32,000 nt of DNA from positions 180,001 to 212,000 of the forward strand of contig NZ_CP066018.1 in assembly GCF_016127575.1 (NCBI RefSeq). The letters are read 5' to 3'. The notes under the pieces were generated by a model, which had not been told where the DNA came from, did not search any database, and worked only from the letters and a program-made list of their open reading frames with translations. This stretch comes from Cupriavidus necator (lineage in GTDB: Bacteria > Pseudomonadota > Gammaproteobacteria > Burkholderiales > Burkholderiaceae). This document shows, piece by piece, positions 8,277 to 18,499 of this stretch. The translations under genes and the position numbers were made by a program. Numbering within the stretch: position 1 is the first letter of the stretch; each line of letters starts with the position of its first letter.

Positions 8277-9104
8277 CTAATACGTCACTGGGAGCGGGTC
8301 AAGACTGCGCCACATATACCACGTGGCCACGGTTCGCCAGGGCTCCCAGTTGGCCGCCACCTCGCGCGCCTCGCTGCGCGTGACCGGCTCGCCGCTGAAG
8401 TAATTGGCGGAGATCGCGTTGATCAGGCCGATGTCATCAAGGGGCAGCACGTTGGGCCGCATCAGGTTGAACATCAGGAACATCTCGGCGGTCCAGCGGC
8501 CGATGCCGCGTATCTGCGTCAGCTCCGCAATTACCGCTTCGTCGTCCATCTGCGCCCATTCGCCGACATGCACCGTGCCCGCCTTGAAATGGTCGGCCAG
8601 GTCGACCAGGTATTCCCCCTTGCGCTTCGACAGGCCGCAACCGGCCAGCTTCTCGGGACCGGCGCGCAGGAACTGTGCCGGGGTCAGCCTGGGGCACAGG
8701 GCATGCAGCCGCTCCCACACCGACTGTGCCGCCTTGACCGAGATCTGCTGGCCCACCACCGCGCGCGCCAGCGTGACGAACGGATCCCCGCGCGACACCA
8801 GGTGCGCCGGGCCGTAGGTCGGGATCATCTTGCGCAGGATGCGGTCGCGCTTCATCAGGTCGGCGCAGGCCTCGTCCCAGTAGGCGGGGCGCACCGCGTC
8901 GATGACGGTTTCGACCGGCAGCGGCACCGCATCCGCTTCGGGCAGCACGGCCTTGGCGTTGCGCGTGTCCCTGGCCGTGTCCTTGCCGTCAGGCAGCGGC
9001 GCCTCCTTGGCGCCAGCCTTGCCCGGGCGCGGACCGGCCGCCTTCACCCGGCCCCTCGTGGCGGGAGGCGTGGCGATGGCGGGCTTGCGCGCGGCAGCGT
9101 TCAA
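8277..9104 (-). CDS. DNA-3-methyladenine glycosylase II family (AlkA-like HhH-GPD) with a basic Lys/Ala/Pro-rich N-terminal tail
   Basis: C-terminal 200 aa of ORF 8277..9716 is an HhH-GPD domain: [25 protein letters not shown]..., [18 protein letters not shown]..., PLDDIG. There is no in-frame ATG upstream of the conserved YWDEA. Best start is TTG (rc 9102-9104), 5 nt after GGAGG and overlapping the cysS TGA as TTGA. Start is uncertain. Confidence 0.7.
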   Translation of the reverse strand: MNAAARKPAIATPPATRGRVKAAGPRPGKAGAKEAPLPDGKDTARDTRNAKAVLPEADAVPLPVETVIDAVRPAYWDEACADLMKRDRILRKMIPTYGPAHLVSRGDPFVTLARAVVGQQISVKAAQSVWERLHALCPRLTPAQFLRAGPEKLAGCGLSKRKGEYLVDLADHFKAGTVHVGEWAQMDDEAVIAELTQIRGIGRWTAEMFLMFNLMRPNVLPLDDIGLINAISANYFSGEPVTRSEAREVAANWEPWRTVATWYMWRSLDPLPVTY

Positions 9105-10489
9105 GCACGCCTCCACTCGGTGGCACCGCCCGGCTTGTCTTCCAGCACGATGCCAGCTTCCAGCAGTTGCGCACGGATGCGGTCCGCTTCGGCAAAGTTG
9201 CGCTCCACCTTGGCGGTCTTGCGCGCGGCGATCAGGGTCTCGATCTGTTCCGGCGAGATGCCGTCGTCGGACCTGCCGCCTTGCAGGAAGGTATGCGGAT
9301 CGCGCTCGAGCAGGCCCAGCGTGCCTGCCAGCCCCTTGAGCTGGCGCGCAGCCGCGGTCGAGCCGGTGCGGTTGATCTCGCTGGCCAGATCGAACAGTAC
9401 CGACATCGCAATCGGCGTGTTGAAGTCGTCGCCCATGGCCTCGGCAAAGCGCCTGGCGTGCGGCTCGTCCCAGTCCACCGCGCAGCCGCCCGGCTGGCTG
9501 TCCTTGAGCGCCGTGTACAGGCGTGTCAGGGCGTGACGCGCATCGTCCAGGTGCGCGTCGCTGTAGTTCAGCGGGCTGCGGTAGTGCGCGCGCAGGATGA
9601 AGAAGCGCACGACCTCGGCGTCGTACGACTTCAGGACCTCGCGGATGGTGAAGAAATTGCCAAGCGACTTGGACATTTTTTCGTCGTTGATGCGCACGAA
9701 GCCGTTGTGCATCCACATGTTGACGAAGGGCTTGCCGCTGGCGCCTTCAGACTGCGCAATCTCGTTCTCGTGGTGCGGGAACTGCAGGTCTGCCCCGCCG
9801 CCATGGATGTCGAAATGCTCGCCCAGCAGCGTGCAGCTCATGGCGGAGCATTCAATGTGCCAGCCCGGGCGGCCGGCGCCCCACTTCGAGTCCCACTTGC
9901 TCTCGGGCGGCTCGCTGGCCTTGGCGGACTTCCAAAGCACGAAGTCGAGCGGGTCCTGCTTGGCGTCGTTGGCGCTGACACGCTCGCCGGCGCGCAGGTC
10001 TTCCAGCGACTTGCCCGAGAGCTTGCCGTAGCCGGCGAACTTGCGCACCGAATAGTTCACGTCGCCGTCGCTGGCCTGGTAGGCCAGGCCCTTGGCTTCC
10101 AGCTTGCCGATCATGTCGAGCATCTGCGGCACGTAGTCGGTGGCGCGCGGCTCGTGGTCGGGGCGGATCACGCCCAGCGCGGCGGCATCCTCGTGCATGT
10201 ACTGGATGAAGCGCGTGGTCAGCTCGCCGATGGTCTCGCCGTTCTCGGCCGCGCGGCGGATGATCTTGTCGTCGATGTCGGTGATGTTCTGCACATACGT
10301 CACCTCGTAGCCGGCGGCACGCAGCCAGCGGTGCACCATGTCGAACACCACCATCACGCGAGCGTGGCCAACGTGACAATAGTCGTACACCGTCATGCCG
10401 CACACATACATGCGGACCTTGCCGGGTTCGATTGGCACGAATGGCTGTTTCTCACGCGCGAGCGTGTTGTAGATGTTCAGAAGCTGCAT
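9101..10489 (-). CDS. cysS: Cysteine--tRNA ligase
   Basis: ORF 9101..10807 trimmed to the ATG at rc 10487-10489. [37 protein letters not shown] aligns with the E. coli CysS N-terminus (recalled). KMSKS motif present ([10 protein letters not shown]). 462 aa. Confidence 0.95.
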   Translation of the reverse strand: MQLLNIYNTLAREKQPFVPIEPGKVRMYVCGMTVYDYCHVGHARVMVVFDMVHRWLRAAGYEVTYVQNITDIDDKIIRRAAENGETIGELTTRFIQYMHEDAAALGVIRPDHEPRATDYVPQMLDMIGKLEAKGLAYQASDGDVNYSVRKFAGYGKLSGKSLEDLRAGERVSANDAKQDPLDFVLWKSAKASEPPESKWDSKWGAGRPGWHIECSAMSCTLLGEHFDIHGGGADLQFPHHENEIAQSEGASGKPFVNMWMHNGFVRINDEKMSKSLGNFFTIREVLKSYDAEVVRFFILRAHYRSPLNYSDAHLDDARHALTRLYTALKDSQPGGCAVDWDEPHARRFAEAMGDDFNTPIAMSVLFDLASEINRTGSTAAARQLKGLAGTLGLLERDPHTFLQGGRSDDGISPEQIETLIAARKTAKVERNFAEADRIRAQLLEAGIVLEDKPGGATEWRRA

Positions 10490-10772
10490 GAAACGAAGTG
10501 AGTGGTGAGAGGAGACTGCCGGGGTTCGCACAGCAGGCAGCACGGGCCGTGGCGCCGGTTGCCCGGCGCCTGGCAGGCCGCCGGCGGCAACGCGGCCACT
10601 GGCGCAATTCCGTCGCGCCCCATATCTTACCGGAAGGCGCTGCGCTGGTTGCCTCCGGCACGGCGCCGCCAGCGCCGCGCGAGATGCCGCGCCCGCTGCC
10701 CCGATGTCATCGCCTTCGTGCCGGACTTGCCGCTTTGCTAGAATGCCGCGGAGTATAACGGACCTGTCCTCA

Positions 10773-11483
10773 ATGAGCCTGCCGCTGCCCTCCCCGTCTT
10801 CTGCCATGTTCGCCGCCCCCGCGCGCCGACGCGGCCATCGCGCCGTACTGCCCCTGCTGGCCCTGGCCGCCGCGCTGGCGGCCCCTGCCTACGCGCAGAA
10901 CGGCCCGCTGTCGCTGGCCGCGCCGACGACGCCGGTCGGCGGCATCCAGTCGACCGATCCTGGCATGAGCGAGGCCCAGCAGGCCGCCAACGCACGCCGC
11001 TACGACGAAGCCATCAAGGGCTTCGACCGCGTGCTGGCCGCCAACCCGCGCAATGCCCAGGCACGCTTCCAGCGCGCCTGGGCCCTGGCCCAGTCCGGCC
11101 GCGAGGACGCCGCCATCCAGGCCTTTGCCGAAATGGCGCAGGAGTTCCCGGAACTGCCCGAGCCCCACAACAACCTGGCGCTGCTCTACGCCAAGCGCGG
11201 CGACCTGAAGCGCGCCGAGGCCGAGTTGCTGCTGGCCACCGAAGTCAAGCCGGGCTTTGCCATCGGCTATACCAACCTGGGCGACGTCTACCGCCGCCTG
11301 GCCGAGCAGGCCTACGCCGAAGCGCTGCGCCGCAATCCGGGCGATACCCGCGCCAGTGCCGGCCTGCGCCAGCTGAACCCTGATGCCGCGGCGCCGGCCA
11401 AGCCGGCGGCGCCCGCCGGCACCGGCCGCAAGGCGACGCCAACGCAGCGCCAGGCACCTGCCAGCGCCCCTGCAGCCAACTGA
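10773..11483 (+). CDS. Exported tetratricopeptide-repeat (TPR) protein with Ala/Pro-rich C-terminal tail
   Basis: Signal-like segment [23 protein letters not shown]|Q. TPR-like helices: [51 protein letters not shown]. Start is ambiguous between ATGs at 10773 and 10806; neither has a good SD. Confidence 0.7.
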   Translation: MSLPLPSPSSAMFAAPARRRGHRAVLPLLALAAALAAPAYAQNGPLSLAAPTTPVGGIQSTDPGMSEAQQAANARRYDEAIKGFDRVLAANPRNAQARFQRAWALAQSGREDAAIQAFAEMAQEFPELPEPHNNLALLYAKRGDLKRAEAELLLATEVKPGFAIGYTNLGDVYRRLAEQAYAEALRRNPGDTRASAGLRQLNPDAAAPAKPAAPAGTGRKATPTQRQAPASAPAAN

Positions 11484-11557
11484 CGGCCACTCATCCCAAG
11501 GTCCGGGCGCGGCGCGCCCGGACCATGTGCATCATCCAGACATACCGGAGTTCCTTC

Positions 11558-12139
11558 ATGATCCGTTCCCGCCGCATCGTCCTGGCCGGCCTGACCGCAG
11601 GCGCCCTGGCACTGTACTCGTTCAGCGCGCTGGCTCAGCAGGCCGCCGAGCGCGTCCAGTTCGTCACCAGTGCCGGCAAGTTCACCGTCGAGCTCTACCC
11701 CGAGGCCGCGCCCAGGACCGTCGCGAACTTCCTGGAATATGTGAAGAGCGGCTTCTACAGTGGCACCATCTTCCATCGCGTGATCAATGGCTTCATGGTG
11801 CAGGGCGGCGGCTTCGACCGCGACATGAAGGAAAAGCCCACCCGTGCTCCGATCCCGCTGGAAGCCCGCGGCGGCCTGAAGAACAAGGCCGGCACGGTGG
11901 CCATGGCACGCACCAGCGACCCCAACTCGGCCACCGCGCAGTTCTTCGTCAATGTGGTGGATAATCCGAATCTCGACTACCCGCAGCCGGACGGCAACGG
12001 CTACGCAGTGTTCGGCAAGGTGGTGGAAGGCATGGAGACGATCGACAAGATCAAGAGCGTGCCGACCACGGCCTACGGCCCCATGCGCAATGTGCCGGCC
12101 GCGCCGATCGTGATCGAGTCGGCCACCGTCGTCAAATAA
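11558..12139 (+). CDS. ppiA: Periplasmic peptidyl-prolyl cis-trans isomerase A (cyclophilin type)
   Basis: ORF trimmed to the ATG at 11558, 7 nt after GGAG. Signal peptide [26 protein letters not shown]|QQ. Cyclophilin core [15 protein letters not shown]. Confidence 0.9.
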   Translation: MIRSRRIVLAGLTAGALALYSFSALAQQAAERVQFVTSAGKFTVELYPEAAPRTVANFLEYVKSGFYSGTIFHRVINGFMVQGGGFDRDMKEKPTRAPIPLEARGGLKNKAGTVAMARTSDPNSATAQFFVNVVDNPNLDYPQPDGNGYAVFGKVVEGMETIDKIKSVPTTAYGPMRNVPAAPIVIESATVVK

Positions 12140-12162
12140 CACTATCGAACAGAGGAAATCCC

Positions 12163-12663
12163 ATGTCCAAGGTCCAGCTCCACACCAACCAGGGTGTCAT
12201 CACCATTGAACTCGACGCCGAAAAGGCCCCGAAGTCGGTCGAGAACTTCCTGTCGTACGTGCGCAAGGGCCACTACGACAACACCATCTTCCACCGCGTG
12301 ATCAAGAACTTCATGATCCAGGGCGGCGGCTTCGAGCCCGGCATGAAGCAAAAGGGCACCGACGCCCCGATCGAGAACGAAGCCGGCAACGGCCTGAAGA
12401 ACGACCGCTACACCGTGGCCATGGCGCGCACCAACGCCCCGCACTCGGCCACCGCCCAGTTCTTCATCAACGTGGTCGACAACGACTTCCTGAACTTCTC
12501 CTCGCCCACGCCGCAGGGCTTCGGCTATGCCGTGTTCGGCAAGGTCGTGGAAGGCACCGACGTGGTCGACCAGATCAAGGGCGTGCGCACCGGCAGCTCG
12601 GGCTTCCACCAGGACGTGCCGCTGGAAGACGTGGTGATCGAGAAGGCCGTCATCGTCGAGTAA
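12163..12663 (+). CDS. ppiB: Cytoplasmic peptidyl-prolyl cis-trans isomerase B (cyclophilin type)
   Basis: 166 aa, no signal peptide. Core [15 protein letters not shown] and TAQFFINV. Confidence 0.93.
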   Translation: MSKVQLHTNQGVITIELDAEKAPKSVENFLSYVRKGHYDNTIFHRVIKNFMIQGGGFEPGMKQKGTDAPIENEAGNGLKNDRYTVAMARTNAPHSATAQFFINVVDNDFLNFSSPTPQGFGYAVFGKVVEGTDVVDQIKGVRTGSSGFHQDVPLEDVVIEKAVIVE

Positions 12664-12729
12664 GCCGATGCCTGACGATTGCGGTTCCGTGCGCATCCAC
12701 GTGCCGGCATTCCCCTTCCGACACCGCGC

Positions 12730-13527
12730 ATGACCGCAATCCCCCACACGCCGGTGGCCGGTCCCTTCGAGGCACAGGCGCCTGCGTGGTTCATTTCAGA
12801 CCTGCACCTGACGCCCGGCATGCCCCGCACGCTGGCGGCCTTCGAGCGCACGCTCGAGCGCGCCGCGCAGCACGCGCGCACGCTGTTCATCCTGGGCGAC
12901 TTCTTTGAATTCTGGATCGGCGACGAAGAAACCGACTCGCCCTTCGCGCAGCGCGTGACCGCAGCCCTGCGCGCACTGGCAGCGCGCGGCGTGGCTGTGT
13001 ACCTGATGCACGGCAACCGCGACTTCCTGCTGGGCCAGCGCTTCGCCAGCGCTGCCGGTGCCAGCCTGCTGCCCGACCCCGCCGTGATCCACTGTGCCGG
13101 CCAGCGCGTGGTGCTGAGCCACGGCGACATGCTGTGCATCGACGACGAACGCTATAACCGCTTCCGCCGCTGGACCCGCAAGCGCTGGGTGCAACGCGTG
13201 TTCCTGGCACTGCCGCTGAGCGCGCGTCTGTCGATCGCCCGCAAGCTGCGGGCAGACAGTGAAGGCAACCGCGCCAGGCAGTTGAGCGCGGGAGCGGCCG
13301 TTCCGGTGATTTATGGTGACGTGGCGCCCGCGGCCGCGGCCGAGTTGCTCGGCGCCGCCGGTGCGTCGCTGCTGGTGCATGGACACACGCACCGCCCGGC
13401 ACGGCATGAGGAAGCCGCCGGCGTGCGCTGGGTACTCACTGACTGGGACCTGGACGGCGCCCATCCGCGCGCCGCGGTGCTGCAACTAGATCGCGACGGC
13501 TTCCGCCTGTTGCCGCAGACCGACTGA
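12730..13527 (+). CDS. lpxH: UDP-2,3-diacylglucosamine diphosphatase
   Basis: ORF trimmed to the ATG at 12730. Metallophosphoesterase motifs FISDLHL, GDFFEFWIGDE, HGNRDF and HGHTHRP are colinear with E. coli LpxH (recalled). Confidence 0.9.
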   Translation: MTAIPHTPVAGPFEAQAPAWFISDLHLTPGMPRTLAAFERTLERAAQHARTLFILGDFFEFWIGDEETDSPFAQRVTAALRALAARGVAVYLMHGNRDFLLGQRFASAAGASLLPDPAVIHCAGQRVVLSHGDMLCIDDERYNRFRRWTRKRWVQRVFLALPLSARLSIARKLRADSEGNRARQLSAGAAVPVIYGDVAPAAAAELLGAAGASLLVHGHTHRPARHEEAAGVRWVLTDWDLDGAHPRAAVLQLDRDGFRLLPQTD

Positions 13528-13557
13528 GCGGCAGCGCCGGCCCGGCCCCTTTCCCGC

Positions 13558-14301
13558 TCACTTCATCAGCCTGCGCAGTTCGCTCGCATCGAAGGGATCG
13601 TTCGGCGTATTCTCCAGGTGTTCGCCAAGCCGGTCGAGCGCGGCCAGCACCGCCTCGATGCGGTCGTGCTGGCGCCCCGCATTGTCGATCAGGCTCTTGA
13701 GCGCCAGCGACACCGGATCGTCCGCATTGGGCGTGATGCCATAGGCCGAGAACTCCTGCTTGGCACCCTGCTGCGCCGATGGCGCATCCGGCAGGATGAT
13801 GCGTGCCGGGATGCCCACGGCGGTCGCGCCCGGCGGCACCGGCTTTAGCACCACCGCGTTGGAGCCCACGCGCGCGCCGTCGCCCACCACGAATCCGCCC
13901 AGCACCTTGGCGCCCGCGCTCACCACCACGTTGGCGCCCAGCGTGGGGTGCCGCTTCTGGCCTTTGTACAGCGAGGTGCCGCCCAGCGTCACGCCCTGGT
14001 AGATGGTGCAGTCATCGCCGATCTCGGCGGTCTCGCCGATCACCACGCCCATGCCGTGGTCGATGAACACGCGCCGGCCCAGCTTGACCGCCGGATGGAT
14101 TTCGATGCCGGTGAAAAACCGCGCCCAGTGCGAGATCCAACGCCCCAGCCAGTGGAAGCCCGCGTTCCAGCATCGATGCGCAAAGCGGTGGAACACCACG
14201 GCATGCAGGCCGGGGTAGCAGGTCAGCACTTCCAGGCGGCTGCGCGCGGCGGGATCGCGCAGCATGATGGTGTCGATATCTTCCTTCAGGCGAGAGAACA
14301 T
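13558..14301 (-). CDS. cysE: Serine O-acetyltransferase
   Basis: ORF trimmed to the ATG at rc 14299-14301 ([21 protein letters not shown]...). Left-handed beta-helix hexapeptide region [41 protein letters not shown]. Confidence 0.9.
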   Translation of the reverse strand: MFSRLKEDIDTIMLRDPAARSRLEVLTCYPGLHAVVFHRFAHRCWNAGFHWLGRWISHWARFFTGIEIHPAVKLGRRVFIDHGMGVVIGETAEIGDDCTIYQGVTLGGTSLYKGQKRHPTLGANVVVSAGAKVLGGFVVGDGARVGSNAVVLKPVPPGATAVGIPARIILPDAPSAQQGAKQEFSAYGITPNADDPVSLALKSLIDNAGRQHDRIEAVLAALDRLGEHLENTPNDPFDASELRRLMK

Positions 14302-14606
14302 CTTGGTCGTGTCGTGTTGCCGCGCCGTGCGCCGCGCCACGCGGGCTGGTGCCCGGGGCAGGGTCGCCGGCGAGGTCAGTGGCCGGTGGGGACGGGATCA
14401 GGGAGTGTAAGTGATTTGCCGGGCCCGCTTGGGGTACCGGTGTTTGGCCCCTGATCCGTCAGGGACATTGCGGCGATGCTGCGATCAACATCGCCCGGGC
14501 CTGCGCAAACCCGCAGCCGCGGGGCGACAGCACGCGCGCTTGCCGCGCGTGCCTGCCTCGCCCTGCATCGAATCGCTCCGGTTTGCTGCCACTGTCCTTG
14601 CTCCTG

Positions 14607-15437
14607 TCACCGGTCCTTGTGCGGGCCCGGCTGGTTCTGCGCGGCGATCAGCATATGCTTGGCGATGCCGCGCAGGATATTCACTTCCTCGCGCTCCAGG
14701 CCGCTGCGTGCCAGCAGCCGGCGCAGCCGGGTCATCAGCCTGCGCGGGTTGGACGGATCGAGAAAACCGATTGCCTCCAGGCCCGTCTGCAGATGGCCGA
14801 ACATGGCCTCGACCTGCTCGGCCGTGGCCGGCTCACCAGCATAGCCGATATTGGCGCCGGCGTCCGGGGCCGCCTCCAGCAGCGCCAGCCGCATCTCGTA
14901 GGCGATGAGCTGCACTGCCTGCGCCAGGTTGAGCGAGGTATAGGCGGGGTTGGCGGGAATATGGGTGACTGCGTTGCAGCGCTCGACCACTTCATTGGGC
15001 AGGCCATAGCGCTCGTTGCCGAACACGAAGGCAACGCCGCCGCTGCCGGACAGCGTCTGGCGCGCACGTTCCGCTGCAGCGCGCGGCAGCAGCCGCGGCG
15101 GGCCGAATTCGCGGTGGCGCGCGGTCATCGCCACGGTCAGCGCGGCGCCGGCCAGCGCCGCGTCGACCTGATCGACGATGAGCGCGCCTGCCAGCACATC
15201 GTCGGCGCCGCTGGCCATGGCGACGGCGTCGGAGTGCCGCAGCACATCCGGCTCGCGTGGCGAGACCAGCACCAGGCTGCCGAAGCCCATGGTCTTGATC
15301 GCGCGCGCCACCGAGCCCACGTTGCCCGGGTGGCTGGTTTCGACCAGCACGAAGCGCACGCGGCCAAAAGCGTTGCCGCCGGTATCACCGCTGTTGCCAT
15401 CGGCAGCGGGCTGGCTCGTATCAATTGCCGGGTTCAT
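14607..15437 (-). CDS. trmJ: tRNA (cytidine/uridine-2'-O-)-methyltransferase, SpoU/TrmH class
   Basis: [26 protein letters not shown] and [21 protein letters not shown] are colinear with E. coli TrmJ (recalled). Trimmed to the ATG at rc 15435-15437. Divergent from suhB, as in E. coli. Confidence 0.82.
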   Translation of the reverse strand: MNPAIDTSQPAADGNSGDTGGNAFGRVRFVLVETSHPGNVGSVARAIKTMGFGSLVLVSPREPDVLRHSDAVAMASGADDVLAGALIVDQVDAALAGAALTVAMTARHREFGPPRLLPRAAAERARQTLSGSGGVAFVFGNERYGLPNEVVERCNAVTHIPANPAYTSLNLAQAVQLIAYEMRLALLEAAPDAGANIGYAGEPATAEQVEAMFGHLQTGLEAIGFLDPSNPRRLMTRLRRLLARSGLEREEVNILRGIAKHMLIAAQNQPGPHKDR

Positions 15438-15628
15438 ATACAATTCGGGGTTCTTCTTTGGCGCGGCGCCAGGTTTTTGCTTGCTCGCGAGACTCTCGCG
15501 GCACATTTGCAGCAGAACCGGCGACGCCCGACGTTCTTCTACAATCCGTTGTGTTGTCAGCTGCCCATGAGCGGGCGTGCGGCGCTTTTGCGCCCCGCCG
15601 CGTCGTCGTGGCCGGCCTGGAGAGATTC

Positions 15629-16447
15629 ATGCATCCGATGCTCAATATCGCCATCAAGGCGGCCCGCAAGGCGGGATCCATCATCAACCGCGCGTCGCTC
15701 GACGTCGATCTGGTGCGCGTCTCGCGCAAGCAACACAACGATTTTGTCACCGAGGTGGACCGCGCCGCCGAAGCCGCGGTGATCGAGATCCTGCGCACGG
15801 CCTACCCGGAACACGGCATTCTAGCGGAAGAATCCGGCCAGTCCTGGGCCGAGGGTGAAGACTCCCACGAGTACACCTGGGTCATCGACCCGCTGGACGG
15901 CACCACCAACTTTATCCACGGCTTCCCGCAATACGCGGTCTCGATCGCCCAGCTGCACCGCGGCACGCCCGTGCAGGCCGTGGTCTACGACCCGACCCGC
16001 GACGAGCTCTTCACCGCCAGCAAGGGCGCCGGCGCCTTCCTGAACAACCGCCGCATCCGCGTTACGCGCCGCGACAAGCTGGCCGACTGCCTGATCGGCA
16101 CCGGCTTCCCGTTCCGCGACCTGGAAGGCCTGGACGAATACATGGAATTGTTCGCGCTGATGACCCGCAACTGCGCCGGCCTGCGCCGCCCGGGCGCCGC
16201 CGCGCTGGACCTGGCCTATGTGGCCTGCGGCCGCCTGGACGGCTTCTTCGAGCGCGGCCTGCAGCCGTGGGACATGGCTGCAGGCATGCTGCTGATCACC
16301 GAATCGGGCGGCCTGGTCGGCAACTACGCCGGCGAGCCGCGCCAGATGGAACAGGGCGAAGTGCTGGCCGGCAATCCCAAGGCGTTCGCCCAGATGGTGC
16401 GCCTGCTGTCGCCGTTCTCGCTCGACAACGCCAAGCCCGCCGCCTGA
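15629..16447 (+). CDS. suhB: Inositol-1-monophosphatase family protein
   Basis: ORF trimmed to the ATG at 15629, preceded by [21 protein letters not shown]... and signature [12 protein letters not shown]. Confidence 0.9.
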   Translation: MHPMLNIAIKAARKAGSIINRASLDVDLVRVSRKQHNDFVTEVDRAAEAAVIEILRTAYPEHGILAEESGQSWAEGEDSHEYTWVIDPLDGTTNFIHGFPQYAVSIAQLHRGTPVQAVVYDPTRDELFTASKGAGAFLNNRRIRVTRRDKLADCLIGTGFPFRDLEGLDEYMELFALMTRNCAGLRRPGAAALDLAYVACGRLDGFFERGLQPWDMAAGMLLITESGGLVGNYAGEPRQMEQGEVLAGNPKAFAQMVRLLSPFSLDNAKPAA

Positions 16448-16489
16448 CACCGGCACATGGCCTGACGGCCAGATCAGCCACACCCCGAC

Positions 16490-16515
16490 GCCCGCCGCAC
16501 CCCGGCGGGCTTTTT
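16490..16515 (+). terminator. Intrinsic terminator after suhB
   Basis: Stem GCCCGCCG (16490-16497) / CGGCGGGC (16503-16510), 5-nt loop, then TTTTT (16511-16515). Confidence 0.7.
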
Positions 16516-16670
16516 GCATGGTGCGCCCCGCGTGCCACCGCACCCAGCACTGCAGACCTTTCTCATTCCCGAGACGGCCATGATCCTCGTCAAGGTCGCC
16601 CCACCCTGCCCTCCCCAAAATGAAACCATGCGCCACGCCCCGTGCGCGCGGATCCATCAGGAGAGCCAGC

Positions 16671-16886
16671 ATGTTTCCCGAATACCGCGACCAGATCACC
16701 ACCCTGAAGACCCAGGATGCCCGCTTCGCGCGCCTGTTCCACCGCCACAACGCGCTGGACCAGGAAATCCACAACATGGAGTCGGGGCTGGTGCCGGCCT
16801 CCACCTTCGAGATCGAGCGGCTGAAGAAAGAGAAACTCCTGCTCAAGGACCAGCTCTACGCGATCCTGCGCAACACCGCAGCCTGA
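16671..16886 (+). CDS. DUF465 (YdcH-like) small coiled-coil protein, 71 aa
   Basis: ORF trimmed to the ATG at 16671, preceded by AGGAGA. MFPEYRDQITTLKTQDARFARLFHRHNALDQEIHNME...ERLKKEKLLLKDQLYAIL matches my memory of the DUF465 pattern. Confidence 0.7.
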   Translation: MFPEYRDQITTLKTQDARFARLFHRHNALDQEIHNMESGLVPASTFEIERLKKEKLLLKDQLYAILRNTAA

Positions 16887-16899
16887 CGGAGGACCGCAG

Positions 16900-18012
16900 A
16901 TGACAGATCGCGACACCATCCAATCCTCCCACACCGCCACCGCGCCACGTGCCCGCGCCACGGCCAGGGGTGACGTGCTGCCCACCAACTCGGCGCTTTC
17001 AGCCCAGCGCAACGAAGTCGACAGCGCCGTCGACGCCTCGGTGCAGCTGGCGGCCAGCAGCATGCAGGACATCCTGGCCAGCCGCGCAGGCAACGGCGCC
17101 GACATGCTCGACGCCATGCGCACGCTGCTTGACGGCCTGGCGCCCGACGAGGCCGCGCAGCTGCGCAGCCTGATCCTCGAAGGCGATCCCGCCGCGTGGC
17201 AGGCCGGCCGCAAGCGCCACCCGGACGACGAGCTGTCCGCGGGCTGGCGCGAAGGCGCGTACCCGTACCAGAACCTGATGTCGCGGCGCAATTATGAAAA
17301 GCAGAAGTACCGCCTGCAGGTGGAGCTGCTCAAGTTCCAGGCCTGGGTGCGCGAGACCGGCCAGCGCGTGGTAATCGTATTCGAAGGGCGCGACGCCGCC
17401 GGCAAGGGCGGCACCATCAAACGCTTCATGGAACACATGAACCCGCGCGGCGCGCGCGTGGTGGCGCTGGAAAAACCCACCGAGGCCGAGCGCGGGCAAT
17501 GGTACTTCCAGCGCTATGTGCAGCACCTGCCGTCGGCCGGCGAGATCGTGCTGTTCGACCGCTCCTGGTACAACCGCGCCGGCGTTGAGCACGTGATGGG
17601 CTTCTGCTCGCAGCGCGAATACCAGGACTTCCTGCAGCAGGCGCCGGACTTCGAGCGGCATCTGGTGCGCAGCGGCATCCACCTGTTCAAGTTCTGGTTC
17701 TCGGTCAGCCAGAAGGAACAGCGCCGGCGCTTCCGCGAGCGCGAGATCCACCCGCTCAAGCAATGGAAGCTGAGCCCGGTCGACCTTGCCTCGCTGGACA
17801 AATGGGACGAATACACCCAGGCCAAGGAGGCCATGTTCGCCCACACCGACACCGCCGATGCGCCGTGGACGGTCATCCGCTCGGACTGCAAGAAGCGCGC
17901 GCGGCTCAATGCGCTGCGCGCCATCCTGTCGCGCTTCCCCTACGGCAACCGGGACACCACTGCCATCGGGCAGCCCGACCCGCTGATCGTGGGGCGCGCG
18001 CTGGCCAATTGA
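16900..18012 (+). CDS. ppk2: Polyphosphate kinase 2 (single PPK2 domain) with an N-terminal extension of about 110 aa
   Basis: Walker A FEGRDAAGKGGTIKR plus FDRSWYNRAGVEHVMGF and WFSVSQKEQRRRF, typical of PPK2. The ATG at 16900 lies 6 nt after GGAGGA, so the extension is probably translated. Confidence 0.88.
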   Translation: MTDRDTIQSSHTATAPRARATARGDVLPTNSALSAQRNEVDSAVDASVQLAASSMQDILASRAGNGADMLDAMRTLLDGLAPDEAAQLRSLILEGDPAAWQAGRKRHPDDELSAGWREGAYPYQNLMSRRNYEKQKYRLQVELLKFQAWVRETGQRVVIVFEGRDAAGKGGTIKRFMEHMNPRGARVVALEKPTEAERGQWYFQRYVQHLPSAGEIVLFDRSWYNRAGVEHVMGFCSQREYQDFLQQAPDFERHLVRSGIHLFKFWFSVSQKEQRRRFREREIHPLKQWKLSPVDLASLDKWDEYTQAKEAMFAHTDTADAPWTVIRSDCKKRARLNALRAILSRFPYGNRDTTAIGQPDPLIVGRALAN

Positions 18013-18064
18013 ACTTCGCCCCCTACTCCCGCACTTCTTCCGTTTTCCCTTTACCAAGGCCCCT

Positions 18065-18499
18065 ATGTTCAAGCACATCCTGCTGCCCGTCGACGGTTCC
18101 GAGCTTTCCCACAAGGCCGTGTCCGCCGCCATCCAGTTTGCCCGCACCGCCTCCGCGCGCCTGACGCCCTACATGTGCGTGGAGACCTACCCCTACATGG
18201 TGGGCAGCGACAGCACCCATGAGCGGCGCGAAGTGTTCCAGCAACGCGTGGAAGCACTGGCGCGCCAGGAACTGGTCAAGATCGAGGCCGCGGCGGCAAT
18301 GGCCGGCGTCCGCTGCGCGGGCCACGTCTCGGCCGCCAGCGCCCCATATCACGGCATCATCAACGCCGCGCGGGACCTCGGTTGCGACGTCATCTTCATG
18401 GCCTCGCACGGCCGCAAGGGCATCAGCGGGCTGCTGCTGGGCAGCGAGACGCAGAAGGTACTGACACACAGCGACGTGCCGGTGCTGGTGTTCCGCTGA
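18065..18499 (+). CDS. Universal stress protein (UspA family)
   Basis: 144 aa. MFKHILLPVDGSELSHKAV... and C-terminal ATP-binding-type segment MASHGRKGISGLLLGSETQKVLTHSDVPVLVF. Confidence 0.85.
   Translation: MFKHILLPVDGSELSHKAVSAAIQFARTASARLTPYMCVETYPYMVGSDSTHERREVFQQRVEALARQELVKIEAAAAMAGVRCAGHVSAASAPYHGIINAARDLGCDVIFMASHGRKGISGLLLGSETQKVLTHSDVPVLVFR

Noticed and set aside
9105-9716. N-terminal 204 codons of the 479-aa ORF 8277..9716, which would make a much larger glycosylase
   Set aside because: This part overlaps the 3' half of cysS in another frame and has no homology-like features. The HhH-GPD protein is better explained by a TTG start at 9104 with a GGAGG SD.
10490-10772. Possible T-box or other leader upstream of cysS in the 283-nt divergent spacer
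   Set aside because: I found only generic G+C hairpins (for example GGCGCCGG-TTGC-CCGGCGCC at 10551-10570) and a weak TAAGAT -10. There is no specifier/T-box-like architecture, which is in any case not expected in Betaproteobacteria. I could not support it.
10490-10807. N-terminally extended ORF-track starts (cysS 10807, lysC 5701, suhB 15425, cysE 14340, trmJ 15506, lpxH 12679, ppiA 11525, DUF465 16620, M50 29297)
   Set aside because: In each case alignment with the well-known N-terminus of the family, or a signal peptide or SD, places the real start at an internal ATG. The extensions are Arg/Pro-rich read-through of upstream spacer.
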